Shown here piece after piece: positions 1 to 14,225 of a stretch of DNA of 64,000 nt. Location of the stretch: contig NW_027266297.1 of the NCBI RefSeq assembly GCF_022045235.1, forward strand, positions 72,416,001 through 72,480,000. The letters are read 5' to 3'. The position numbers were made by a program, and so were the translations under genes. Positions within the stretch are counted from its first letter, which is position 1; each line of letters starts with the position of its first letter. The notes under the pieces are model-generated. The model had not been told where the DNA came from. It was given only the letters and a program-made list of their open reading frames with translations, and did not search any database. This DNA comes from Haliotis cracherodii. Taxonomy: Eukaryota.

Positions 1-116
1 TGACACACAAGATTGGATGTCATTGACAACTTCAACCAAATATCGAGTGTCTCTATTTGTACCTGATTTTAGGATCGTTCCTCATGATCAGATATAACTG
101 GCTGTCTTTACTGCAG

Positions 117-3100
117 GTGTGCTAAAGGATTACCTTAGAGAACTGCCAGAACCACTGTTCACCAACGCCCTCTACCAGATGCTGTTAGACGCACTGAGCG
201 TGCGTCTCCCCAGCGACCCTGAAGGAAGCGCCACACTCATGCTCAGTATTCTAGAGTGCCTTCCCAAAGCCAACCAGGTGAGTGCCATGTTTGTTATCTC
301 TGTTCTGTTTTATGTTTGACGTCCTGGCATTCGCAAGAATAATGTTGAAGTCTGTGGAGGAATTCAGGGCCCCTGCTCATAACCCTCCACCATTGTGTGA
401 TTGACGGGTGCGACAGGTGGAGCAGGACATGCTTACCCTTTTTGCAAACACCTGGTGTCATCACTGATTTTCAGTTGCACTGTGTCTGTCTTTGTCTCAG
501 AACAAATAGGGTTGTACTTACAGTTGAAGAAATGGTGTTTTTCAGGCGTGCTCCAGGGCATTTTCTTGGATGTTTGGGTTAGATGTGCCCTTTGAAAGTT
601 AAGAGTGCCATCAAGAAGAAAACTTTTGATCCATGATCGAAGTGTCATTTAAATTTGAGCTTGTTATTATTCACATATAATTTAGAAAGTATGCCCATTC
701 CTTTTTATTGAGATAATGCCATTTTTAATTTCTGAATGCCTACATTTATTTCGGGAATCACATTGTGCATTCAGATCGTGTATGTGGTCATGGTTTACCA
801 TGTTATTTGTGCAAAAACACATTTATCCTGGCTTCCTATAACGAACACATCAGAAAGTATTGTTTAAAACATATTTCTAAGCAAACCCTTCAGGCCCTGG
901 GAACTCATTTCAGCCTTGCCATGACTTTTGACTCAGCCATCAACACTAGTACTGAAATACAAGGAATTTCTAACTGTGAATAGAGTAGATGTTGGCGCAG
1001 TGATCACTGTAATCACTTGTGAAGGTGATCTGCAAAGGAGTACCATGGGATCACACCATCCACTCAGGACAGACGAAGACGTCCTCTACACACAGATTAT
1101 AGTGCTTAAAACCCAAGATGTAGCAAGTGGATGCTTTCCAAATGACATTTCTTTAGGTCAGCAAAAAATTCTTGAACCAAAATATGATTTGAATGTATTC
1201 ATCTATTTTCATATGACAGCTTCAAATCACATAAACAAATATGGAGGTATTATTGTAATAAACAGTTATGTCTGTCTTTGTCTCAGAACAAATAGGGTTC
1301 TTCCTTTGATTATCCATGGTCTGTTGGGAAGTTTCTGAGATTGCTTTATCCTGGACGTGATTCGGGGAATTCTGTAGATGTGATGGGGAAGATGAAAGGA
1401 GAGTGATGACAGGATGGGATCGCTGCAAGCAGTCATGAAAGGAGCGGGAAGCTATCTGGAGGCTGCCTATTGGGGTAGTCTCAGTAGGTGGAGAGGTCGC
1501 ATCCTCACAGCTGTTTTAATTATTATCCAGTTGACTGTCAGAGATCTGAGAAGTTGAAGTCTGGAACATATCGCTACACTACACTACACTAATGCCATCA
1601 CAAGCTGCTCACTAATTCCCTGTAATTCCCTGGATGTCGGGAGATGAGATCATGAAACATTGTCATAGCAACAGCTTTCTAACATGGTTCAGTGCCTGGC
1701 TCAGTGTCTCACCAACAACTGTTTTACTTGGTCCAATGTCTCACCAACAACTGTTTTGCATGGCTCAATGTCTCACCAACAACTGTTTTACTTGGTTCAG
1801 TGTCTCACCGACAACTGTTTTGCATGGCTCAGTGTCTCACCAACAACTGTTTTACTTGGTATAATGTCTCACCAACAACTGTTTTACTTGGTTCAGTGTC
1901 TCACCAACAACTGTTTTACTTGGTTCAGTGTCTCACCAACAACTGTTTTACTTGGTACAATGTCTCACCAACAACTGTTTTACTTGGTCCAATGTCTCAC
2001 CAACAACTGTTTTACTTAGTTCAGTGTCTCACCAACAACTGTTTTACTTGGTACAATGTCTCACCAACAACTGTTTTGCATGGCTCAGTGTCTCACCAAC
2101 AACTGTTTTACTTGGTACAATGTCTCACCAACAACTGTTTTACTTGGTTCAGTGTCTCACCAACAACTGTTTTACTTGGTTCAGTGTCTCACCAACAACT
2201 GTTTTACTTGGTTCAGTGTCTCACCAACAACTGTTTTACTTGGTACAATGTCTCACCAACAACTGTTTTACTTGGTCCAATGTCTCACCAACAACTGTTT
2301 TACTTGGTACAATGTCTCACCAACAGCTGTTTTACTTGGTTCAGTGTCTCACCAACAACTGTTTTACTTGGTACAATGTCTCACCAACAACTGTTTTGCA
2401 TGGCTCAGTGTCTCACCAACAACTGTTTTACTTGGTTAAGTGTCTCACCGACAACTGTTTTACTTGGTATAATGTCTCACCAACAACTGTTTTACTTGGT
2501 TCAGTGTCTCACCAACAACTGTTTTGCATGGCTCAATGTCTCACCAAAAACTGTTTTACTTGGTTCGGTGTCTCACCAACAAATGTTTTGCATGGCTCAG
2601 TGTCTCACCAACAACTGTTTTGGATGGCTCAGTGTCTCACCAACAGCTGTTTTACTTGGTACAATGTCTCACCAACAACTGTTTTGCATGGCTCAGTGTC
2701 TCACCAACAACTGTTTTACTTAGTACAATGTCTCACCAACAACTGTTTTACTTGGCTCAGTGTCTCACCAACAACTGTTTTGCATGGCTCAGTGTCTCAC
2801 CAACAACTGTTTTACTTGGCTCAGTGTCTCACCAACAACTGTTTTACTCGGTACAATGTCTCACCAACAACTGTTTTACTTGGTTAAGTGTCTCACCGAC
2901 AGCTGTTTTACTTGCTTCAGTGTCTCACCAACAACTGTTTTACTTGGCTCAGTGTCTCACCAACAACTGTTTTACTTGGTACAATGTCTCACCAACAACT
3001 GTTTTGCATGGCTCAGTGTCTCACCAACAACTGTTTTACTTAGTACAATGTCTCACCAACAACTTTTTTGCATGGCTCAGTGTCTCACCAACAACTGTTT

Positions 3101-6100
3101 TACTTGGCTCAGTGTCTCACCAACAACTGTTTTACTCGGTACAATGTCTCACCAACAACTGTTTTACTTGGTTAAGTGTCTCACCGACAGCTGTTTTACT
3201 TGCTTCAGTGTCTCACCAACAACTGTTTTACTTGGCTCAGTGTCTCACCAACAACTGTTTTACTTGGTACAATGTCTCACCAACAACTGTTTTGCATGGC
3301 TCAGTGTCTCACCAACAGCTGTTTTACTTAGTACAATGTCTCACCAACAACTGTTTTGCATGGCTCAGTGTCTCACCAACAACTGTTTTGCATGGCTCAG
3401 TGTCTCACCAACAACTGTTTTACTTGGGTCAGTGTCTCACCAACAACTGTTTTGCATGGCTCAGTGTCTCACCAACAACTGTTTTACTTGGTTCATTGTC
3501 TCACCAACAGCTGTTTTACTTGGTTCAGTGTCTCACCGACAACTTTTTACTTGGTTCAGTGTCTCACCAACAACTATTTTACTTGGTTCATTGTCTCACA
3601 GACAACTGTTTTACTTGGTTCAATGTCTCACCAACAACTGTTTTACTTGGGTCAGTGTCTCACCAACAACTGTTTTGCATGGCTCAGTGTCTCACCAACA
3701 ACTGTTTTACTTGGTTCATTGTCTCACCAACAGCTGTTTTACTTGGTTCAGTGTCTCACCGACAACTTTTTACTTGGTTCAGTGTCTCACCAACAACTAT
3801 TTTACTTGGTTCATTGTCTCACAGAGAGCTGTTTTACTTGGTTCAGTGTCTCACCAACAACTGTTTAACTTAGTTTAGTGTCTCACCAACAACTGTTTTG
3901 CATGGCTCAGTGTCTCACCAACAGCTGTTTTACTTGGTTCATTGTCTCACCAACAGCTGTTTTACTTGGTTCAGTGTCTCACCAACAACTGTTTTACTTG
4001 GTTCAATGTCTCACAGACAACTGTTTTACTTGGGTCAGTGTCTCACCAACAGCTGTTACCCTCCTGTAATTCTGACCACATGTGCCTATATAACATATAA
4101 TGACCCACCCTGTCATGACCCTCCTGTAATCCTGACCACATTTGTCTATATGACATATACTGACCCACCCGTCATGACCCTCCTGTAATCCTGACCACAT
4201 GTGCCTGTATGACATATACTGACCCACCCGTCATGACCCTCCTGTAATCCTGACCACATGCCTATATGACATATAATGACCCTCCTGTAATCCTGACCAC
4301 ATGTGCCTGTATGCCATATAATGACCCACCCGTCATGACCCTCCTGTAATCCTGACCACATGTGCCTATATGCCATATAATGACCCACCTTGTCATGACC
4401 CTCCTGTAATCCTGACCACATGTGCCTATATGCCATATAATGACCCTCCTGTAATCCTGACCATATGCCTATATGACATATAATGACCCTCCTGTAATCC
4501 TGACCACATGTGCCTATATGCCATAAAATGACCCACCCGTCATGACCCTCCTGTAATCCCGACCACATGTGCCTATATGCCATATAATGACCCACCCGTC
4601 ATGACCCTCCTGTAATCCTGACCACATGTGCCCATATGACATATAATGACCCACCCGTCATAACCCTCCTGTAATCCTGACCACGTGTGCCTGTATGACA
4701 TATAATGACCCACCCAGTCATGACCCTCCTGTAATCCTGACCACATGTGCCTGTATGACATATAATGACCCACCCAGTCATGACCCTCCTGTAATCGGGA
4801 CCAATGTGCCTATATGACATATAATGACCCTCCTGTAATCCTGACCACATGTGCCTATATGACATACAATGACCCACCCCGTCATGACCCTCCTGTAATC
4901 CTGACCACATGTGCCTATATGACATATAATGACCCACCCCATCATGACCCTCCTGTAATCCTGACCACTTGTGCCTATATGACATATAATGACCCACCCC
5001 ATCATGACCCTCCTGTAATCCTGACCACTTGTGCCTATATGACATATAATGACCCACCCCATCATGACCTTCCTGTAATCCTGACCACATGTGCCTATAT
5101 GACATATAATGACCCTCCTGTAATCCTGACCACTTGTGCCTATATGACATATAATGACCCACCCCATCATGACCCTCCTGTAATCCTGACCACATGTGCC
5201 TATATGACATATAATGACCCACCCTGTCATGACCCTCCTGTAATCCTGACCACATGTGCCTATATGACATACAATGACCCACCCCGTCATGACCCTCCTG
5301 TAATCCTGACCACATGTGCCTATATGACATATAATGACCCACCCCATCATGACCCTCCTGTAATCCTGACCACTTGTGCCTATATGACATATAATGACCC
5401 ACCCCATCATGACCCTCCTGTAATCCTGACCACTTGTGCCTATATGACATATAATGACCCACCCCATCATGACCTTCCTGTAATCCTGACCACATGTGCC
5501 TATATGACATATAATGACCCTCCTGTAATCCTGACCACTTGTGCCTATATGACATATAATGACCCACCCCATCATGACCCTCCTGTAATCCTGACCACAT
5601 GTGCCTATATGACATATAATGACCCACCCTGTCATGACCCTCCTGTAATCCTGACCACATGTGCCTATATGACATATAATGACCCACCCGTCATGACCCT
5701 CCTGTAATTCTGACCACATGTGCCTGTATGACATATAATGACCCACCCGTCATGACCCTCCTGTAATCCTGACCACATGTGCCTATATGCCATATAATGA
5801 CCCACCCCGTCATGACCCTCCAGTAATTCTGACCACATGTGCCTATATGACATATAATGACCCACCCGTCATGACCCTCCTGTAATCCTGACCACATGTG
5901 CCTATATGACATATAATGACCCACCCGTCATAACCCTCCTGTAATCCTGACCACATGTGCCTATATGACATATACTGACCCACCCGTCATGACCCTCCTG
6001 TAATCCTGACCACATGTGCCGATATGCCAAATAATGACCCACCCGTCATGACCCTCCTGTAATCCTGACCACATGTGTTGATATGCCAAATAATGACCCA

Positions 6101-9100
6101 CCCGTCATGACCCTCCTGTAATCCTGACCACATGTGCCTTTATGCCATACTATCATCAGCAGTGTCCGTGTTGAGCTAAAGCCGTCTTGGTAGTATGATT
6201 AGCGTTAGGGAAGCTTCTTTGTGCTCTGTTATTAATATTTCCTCAATTATGATCCAGTAAGATGCAGGAAATTAGATCGGAGCTCCTTTGATGACTCTAC
6301 TGTAATCAATGTAATGTGAGGCGAGAGTATTCATGTATTCAGTCCTTATACCGGGCTGTATACGGTTACACTAGGTTGCAGCTCTATTCCTGTAATTACG
6401 CCAGCTGTAACCTCAGGGAAATCTGCTGCCAGCCATTTACACTGTTTCTCACCAGTCGGTGTGGTAAACAAGTTATGTCATCTCTTCCATCATTATCTGT
6501 AATGTTATTCCAGGATAATGGTTTCTTGCAGAATATATGGGGGGTATGCCCTGGGGCTAATGAGAGTGGCTACTGATACATATTCAGTCGAACATTTGTT
6601 TGGTAAATTTAACAGATAATTATGAATTAGTATTACATATATTCAGATTCATCATCCAAAACTGGCTCCCACAGGAGATATGGTTTGGGTGAGATCAAGT
6701 GATATATACATTGTAGATATCGCTGCAATGAAATTGCATAACAATGCTTAATTTGCAGACCTTTGTGATGTCATTGGTTACCAAAGACTACCATGACGTC
6801 ATAATCAAATGACATCACTAATGCCTCTGCTGCTGAATCTGTTTGCAGTACTTTTTACACTTAAGACACTGGATATTACTGTCCACCAACTAAAAAAGTT
6901 GGTAGAATGATGTTGGATGATAAATAAAATCTCACCCTTGTGTCTTTCGATATCAAATATATCAACATTTCTCTATCTATTGAATATGCTTTGGTTGTGT
7001 CTCTAGTCATGCTCTTACTTTCCTTTATATATCATTATCTCATCACATCATTTCAAGAGGACTGTTTGGTAGCCTGGAGGTTGAAGCGCTGTGAATGCTG
7101 CAGTGAGAACCTGTGTTCAGTTCTTCACGTGGGTACAAGATGGGATATTTCTGATATCCCTCCACCAGACTAGAACATTACCAAATCCAGCAAATACCCG
7201 ACCCTACCCTTTACAGTGTAAATTTATCTGTGTGGGAAATCTTTTATTTATCAAGAAATTCATTTTTACTAATATTAACATATGTATCTCATTTAACTTT
7301 GCAGGACCAAGCCCTGATTCACTTATAACCTTCTATTGAAAATAATATCATATTTTCTTGAGTATAGTGAGCACCCATGTATAATGCGCACCCCCCTCTA
7401 GCGGATTCAGTATTTTGGAATAAAAAAAATTTGAATGTCAAGCGCAGAAAAAAAAATACACCATACATCTACCCCTTCAGCGAATTCCGGTAAACGAACA
7501 GGGATGAGAAACTTGGTCAGTACAAATTCGAAATTTGAGATAAAAAATCACCAGACATGTTTATTTACCGTTAACTGTTCTGCTAGGAATTGTTTTACAT
7601 CCAGGGATTAAGATTACCCTGTGTATTTTCTCGTAAACTAAGCCGGAAATAGCAATCAGCTGTAAACACATTTTCTTGGAATCTACCAGTGATTCGGTCA
7701 AGACACACCCAATGATATAACTTAACAGGATTTTAATGCAAGGATTGGCAAAAATTGTATCTGAAACTATTTTTTACTCTGTATCACAGCAATCAGCACT
7801 TCATCAAATGTTATTTCAACCAGGGCTCTGTTCCTCAACGCGATCTTAGCGCTAAGATAAACATAACTAACATACTTTAACATAGGCTTATGACAGTCGT
7901 AGCGTTACGATCGCTTTGTGGAACGGGGCCCAGAGCAACAACTTCACACGTCGCAGTCAGCCATGACGTTTGACGACTTGCAGGTTGCACCTTGTGTTTC
8001 TGTTACATCACCCAGAGCCACAACTTTGCACACTAATGTCTGCCACGCTGTTTGATGGGAGTGAGTTTATGAGTGCTGGTGATACTCCCCAGAGCTAGCC
8101 CAGTCCCATCACTGTCAGGGGTACATAGTAGGGGCAGTAAAAAGAAACACATGTTCAATTTCCTCTTGGGTCCACACGACAGGAAAAACTCTGTTCTGGC
8201 AAGGAAATTACATTTCGACTTTTTAAACTATCCTATCATTGGTTTCTTGTGGAACAATTGTTTAAATCCTCCTGTTGTGATAATATAGATTTTGGGGGGA
8301 ATGTTGGCGTGTGTGGTTGGTGTTTTCTGCAGTCGCAGGGAGATGTTGAGAGGATGTGGTTAGTCACAGGGAGATGTTGAGAGGATGTGGCTCGTGGCAT
8401 CTGCAGCCAGGTTGCCATAGAGCTATGATGCCACACATTCAGCCTTGTCACATATTGGGACCACCCTATCTCCCTGTCCCTTCAGTCAGCAAGCACCTGT
8501 TCTGCCCTTGAAGGGGTATACAACATGTACATAGCTGCATAGATGCTGTGCTCAGCTGCTTGATAGCTTAGCTATGTGTTATCTAATACCAAGGGAGCAT
8601 ATTCTGAATTCTGAATTTGGTCCAGCTTGTCTGGTCCAGACTTAATTATTTATTGACACATAGCTGGATTATTGGAGTGCAGAGTTAAAAAACAAACAAA
8701 TGAATGCAATTATTGTGTGCACCTGTCTGAGAATGTCGTTTCTTCCTGTAGGACACAATGACCGTGGTGTTGAACCACCTGAAGCGAGTAGCGTCCAACT
8801 CGGACAAGAACAAGATGACCTTGGAGAACCTAGCCATCTGCCTGGGCCCGGCACTCCTGTGTCCCTCTCCAGCCACCTCCACAGACGCAGCCCTCGACTT
8901 CAAGAAGCACATCGAGGTCCTTCTCTACCTCTTGCAGATCTGGGACAATGGCAGCAACACAAGTAAGATTCTGTTAGCCCTTGTGTCTTGTGATACAGAG
9001 GAGTGTCAGCATCATGACTAACATAGATCTGCACTAGCGTATAGGACTTGGGAAAGTGTAGCACCAGCATCACTTTGGGGAGTGAGTGAGTGAGTGAGTT

Positions 9101-9702
9101 GGGTTTAACGCTGCTGTAAAAAGTATTCCTGTTATATCACTGTGTGTCAGCTTTGAGTGGGAGGAAATCCCGAAGTGATGCAGGTCTCAGACCTTTACAG
9201 CTGTGGTGGAACCCTTGATCATGGTGCTGACAAACCTAGCAACATAATAGGGGCTAACTAGGATTCGAACCTGCAGTCATAGGTTTCTGGCATGCCCATG
9301 GGAAATCACTTTGTTGAACAAGACCCACATTATCACAGTCTTAGCAACACAAATTAGATGACATTGATAGTTATCCTGGTTCTTGAACAGGATCAGAACT
9401 ATCACCATATTAAGAGTTCCAACACTCCTTAATTACTTTGTAGAAATAGGCCCTGACAATGGCTTGCTACACAACTGGTACCAAAATGGAAACATTGGTT
9501 CACTTCTTTTGACCATCCAGTTTAACAGATGTACAGTAACACAAATTTTCAGCTAAAAAGTGTATTACATTTTGTAGGCACATCCAAGTCATCCACTGCT
9601 GACACTGTGGTTTCCGTGGAGACGGGTTCCGGTGGAGGCACCACAGCAGAGTCATCTGAGAGTCAGCCACGGCAGGAGCGTATCGCCATGGATGGAGACT
9701 AA
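117..9702 (+). CDS. Syd-1: Rho GTPase-activating protein, Syd-1/RhoGAP100F/SYDE type; last three coding exons 117-277, 8752-8962, 9578-9702 (gene begins before the window)
   Basis: GT-AG exons join in phase to give [90 protein letters not shown]...[13 protein letters not shown]-...RIAMDGD*. This is the C-terminal half of a RhoGAP domain; [13 protein letters not shown]...DPEG...LMLSILxCLP resembles Drosophila RhoGAP100F as I recall it. The last exon rests on phase and stop only. Confidence 0.88.
1685..4056. repeat. 32-bp minisatellite, ~74 copies
   Basis: Unit TCAGTGTCTCACCAACAACTGTTTTACTTGGT. Confidence 0.97.
4057..6148. repeat. 59/60-bp minisatellite with 45-bp variants, ~36 copies
   Basis: Unit GACCCTCCTGTAATCCTGACCACATGTGCCTATATGACATATAATGACCCACCCGTCAT. 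Confidence 0.97.
7821..7933. mobile_element. ~110-bp palindromic MITE, Harbinger-like
   Basis: GGGC(C/T)C...CGATCTTAGCGCTA termini with CAG flanks; copies at 21972 and 41300. Confidence 0.7.
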
Positions 9703-12700
9703 CATCCATCGGTTGCCACAGACACAGACTAGACGCTTCAACCGTTTGTTGCCTGTCAGACTAGTGGCTTTGACTATTGTCTTGGACTCAGCTTGTAGAA
9801 TTAAGGACGCTATAAGGCGAGGTCATCCAAAGTTCCAAACCAACACTGCCAATATCACATTATGTTTCCAGCGTACGACTACGTACGTTGCTCTGTGTTC
9901 TGGGTGAGTGTGTATTGTGGGACCTTCGGCCCATCCATCACCTGTACATGCCATAGTGTTGATGTTCGTATGTGTGTTCAGAAACCAGTGGAGATTGTTT
10001 ATAGCTAAGATCATCTGATGAAGGGACATCAGACCATGAACCTCACTTTTGTATTGATTTTAGAACCAAACGCCTATATTGATACACAAAGCTGAATTTT
10101 CAAAGAAGAATACTCTGTTGTTATTTTATACAACACATTTTAGTGGACAAAGTGCAATATATTGACAGCTTTTGCAGCAGTCTTCAGCAAATGTTCGTCC
10201 GTCTCACCTGTTGACAATTTGTTGACATCTCCTGTAGTTGGAGCAGACATCACTGCTACAAACTCGGAACACCACCACCCCATCAGCACCTCCTCCTTCA
10301 CCCCTGCTGGGAGCCTACTGTCATGTGACCTGTCTGCAGATCTACACCAAATTTGATGCCAATCCCTCAGTTAGATGATAGATCAAGATGTTGGAGAAAG
10401 TTCAGTCAAGTCAGAACACCTTTAACTGTTTGATGATTAGATAGTGAGTGTTTGTCTGCCCCGTCGGGTTCTAGATGTATAGTTGGAGATACTGGATGAA
10501 TACGGGTCATCGAAGCCTGGAGCAGGAAGTGTTGTGGAATACGGACATGCCTGTGTGGAATGACTAGAACATGTAGTTGGTTGGTCATAGAACTATCTCA
10601 CATCCATAAAACCTCTTGTTGATTAACTCTGGTGAAGTGAATAATATTTTTAGATCATGAGTTTGTTACAAGATAACTTACAAGGGTTTCCATTGTCTAA
10701 GAATAACACTGACTAACAAGTCCAGATATTGGCTTATTTTGCATCTATTGAAGAATACAGGAGTGTATAAAAACCAATATGGATTTTTTAAAGTTTTATC
10801 ATATAAATTTTTGTCTTATGAAATTTAGAATATTATGAATTCAAAAATCAGAAATTTGAAATGTGTTATTGAAATTTCATTAACTTTATAACAGTGCTGT
10901 TGAATAATGAAATGAATCCTATAAGATCTGATGTCGGTCTGTTGATTAAATGTAGATGGTGTAGAACTTTTGAAAAAGAAAACAGTACCTTCCTTTCATT
11001 CCATAACAAACAAAATTGGCAAATAATTTAAGCGAGTGATACTGTAGTCTGAAGTTCAACCAACTGTAACACATACAGTATTCCACGTCAGTGTGTGTAC
11101 TTCCGGTCAGGGCGATGTTGCCACTCTGAGAGCAGCTACATGAATGGTGAATTTAACCTTTAATCTTGATACATGAGAAAAATGGCACGCTATCAGTGCA
11201 CGTAGTCACACATCCGACAATCGGTCAGCCTTGCTGACAATAACACGGCAATAAGCGGTTTCACTGTCACACGAATGATTTTATATAGACATACTCATTT
11301 GTTTCCAAATTATGTATTACCAAGCTGTCATTATTGCTTTTTGATAGTTTCATGCTTAAAAAATTGTCAGAACTGTTAACTTCAGTGATGATTTTACAGA
11401 GCTTCAAAATATTTCTAAGGATTTAAAACAATTTAGTAATTGTGTTTTTGAAACTAATGGGATTTGCTTACATAATTACATATGTAATAACAGTTTGAAC
11501 AGAGAGAGAAAACAAATACCTCAGTTTCTTTGGAAGACAGCAGCTATTCGGGTTCTTATCATCATCGTCATCAACCTGAACCAGCCTTGCATCATTTTTG
11601 TAAGGGAGATAACTCTACACATTTGAACAAGGGACTTTCAGCAAGGTCATGCGTGAGAAAACAAAATGGCTGTTTGTGTTGTCTACTTATGTACCTGTTA
11701 AATTCATAATGGGCATAATTTGTCAAGTATCTTATTTGGAAGGGATCTACAAGGAGAATCTCACACAAACTAGCCCCATTGTCAAGAAATAAGAACTTAA
11801 CACTTTGTACTAAAATTATATTAGTTTATATATAGGGGTTTCTATAATGATATAAATTATTAGTAGAATAATGTGTATCATACAACTTAAATTGCCTTTA
11901 TAACCAGGTACCTTGTCTGTTATGAAGAAAGAGTTGTGTGCGACAGTTGGACTGATTCTGTGATGAACGTCTCGGGCGTTCCAGCACACATCTCTGTGTG
12001 GTCGACATTCAGCGGTTGTGGCGTCCTACATTGCACTTTTCTATATTCTTATACAACAACTAGTGAGAGAAATTGTTTTAGCATCTGTAACATATGTACT
12101 CCTGTTATTCAATGCCATTGTTGAAATGTTGTAATATACTTTAATGTTTGCTCCTGTTTCCAATGCAGATTTGAAGGTTGTGGCACGAGGCTAAGAATCA
12201 GTATTTAGCAACTCACTCTGTTGTACTTGGGAAGGATTTAGATGACTGTTGTCCGTCTCGCGTTCACGTTGTGTGATATATACTGTCACTTTCACCAAAC
12301 TGGCTTCTATTCTGTTGCTTTCTGCTCTTCGACTGACAACATTGGTTTCAAATGCTGAACCTACTTGACAAACATGAAGTAGATGGTGTGAAGAATCTGT
12401 AAAGTTGTGGCCGCAGGTCCAATAGTTCAAAAATAGCTCTCAGTTCTCTTTTCACAACAGGGACGGTAGGGTAGCCTAGTGGTTAAAGCGTTGGCTCAGC
12501 ACACCGAAGACCCGGATTCGATTCTCCACATGGGTACAATGTGTGAAGCCAATTTCCAGTGTCCCCAGCCGTGATATTGCTGGAATATTGCTAAAAGCAG
12601 TGTTTAACCATACTCTTTTCACAACCAGAAAATTGTGAAATAAGTTTGAATTTCAACACATTTGAACTAGGGTAACTTTACACCAAAACAATGATGACCT

Positions 12701-14193
12701 GTTGTATTGTGGTATTAAGTATCTAGGGAGGCGGAGTCCCACGTGTAGTCCACCCCTTACAAGGATGCTGTAGACGCAAGGATGGATTCTCATTCTGACT
12801 GTATAGATAGTTGCTGTACTAAATGAGACAATCATGTTTTTGTTAGTTTTGTTTGTTTGTTGAATCTGTATCATGTGTGTAATAATTGCTCTTGTTTATG
12901 ATGAAGTGTGATATTTTCCTCGTGCAATATAAAAGTCTATTGCCTTAGTTTATCAGTAGGCCTTAATGCAGGGTTAAGTGGGCATATTGTCACAGGGGGC
13001 AGTTACCATGGTATTTTCTATCTGCAGCAAGCTAGGTACATCCAGTTCAATGGTTCAGTGACTTGCCAGTAATACTCTGTAGTGTTGGACAAACATCCAT
13101 GTCCTGTAAGGTATCACCAGTGGGTGTGCAGAATAAGTGGATGCTGTGTTGCAGAACTTCTGCCAAGTCGGGACCTATTTACATGTACTTCCTTGTTTTA
13201 CAGACTTTATTGCTTTACAAGATTAATGATAGACTACTAATGTTGTGATTGACTGAAAATATACTTTGGTATGTTTTTTGAGAATACATTTAATGTATGA
13301 TTTTATAAAGATAATTATACTAAAATGCAACTTTTTGTTAACCTGTAAACAAAAACTAAACTGTTTGGGTCTAAAGAGAAGGAAACAATTTTTTTCCAAA
13401 AGTAAATTAAGATATTTGTAGTTAGACCACTATGTTTTCAAGAATGGCTTAAGATTAAAGATTTTCAAACATAAATATAAACATAAGTTCTGTTAAGTAA
13501 GCAAATGATTGTTGATGTGAGGCACTGTGAGATAGTGAATGTTCAAGTCCACCCTATCAGGAACAGAGAGCTATACCAAAGCAACAACCTCTCCCCCCCC
13601 CCAACTGCTAATTCTGTTTGTGATAAGTATTTCAAGTATCATGTACAAATATTCTGGTTTTGAATGAGAGGTGATGTCTTCATCTTATTTGTTATAACTG
13701 CAGCTAGTTTGTTTTGTATATAATTCATCTTTACAGCAGAAATGTTCCACCACTGTCTTAGGTTCTATGATTTGGTGGACTAAGCCCCCATCTGGGAGGT
13801 GATATTGTCTCATAATCATCCAGTTTAATATTTCCATGTGCAATATTGTTTCAGTTGTTACTTTGTCCATTATTTTGTTATGGTATTTTGTACATTGTTA
13901 TACATTGTGTTGTTTGTTGTTACATGTGCTCAACTCTCAGTGAACCAGTCCACCATTCTCCAACCCTGATGTACAGTGTCGTGTCCTCGCTTCAAAGTGA
14001 CACACACAGCTATACACCAGGGACAGGAGGATGTTCGTTCACAGCTACTCCTTGTCTCATAGGATGACAGATCTTTATTGTTGATGTAGCTTTTAGATTT
14101 AGGCTTAAGATTGGTTTCAGTCATCTGAAAATAATTTGATTTTGTCTTATATTTACATCAATGTAGAATAACATGGTTAGTTGTTCAGATACC

Positions 14194-14225
<32 letters not shown>

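Noticed and set aside
365-899. CAGGGC...GCCCTG possible hAT element
   Set aside because: The termini are very short and there is no convincing 8-bp TSD.
1634-5924. Long ORFs (up to 449 aa) in all frames
   Set aside because: They are translations of stop-poor minisatellite units inside a RhoGAP intron, with no splice or domain support.
12460-12545. tRNA gene candidates at SINE heads (also 21514, 53167, 33746, 54912)
   Set aside because: A/B boxes are present but there is no closed acceptor stem, and each runs into a shared SINE body.
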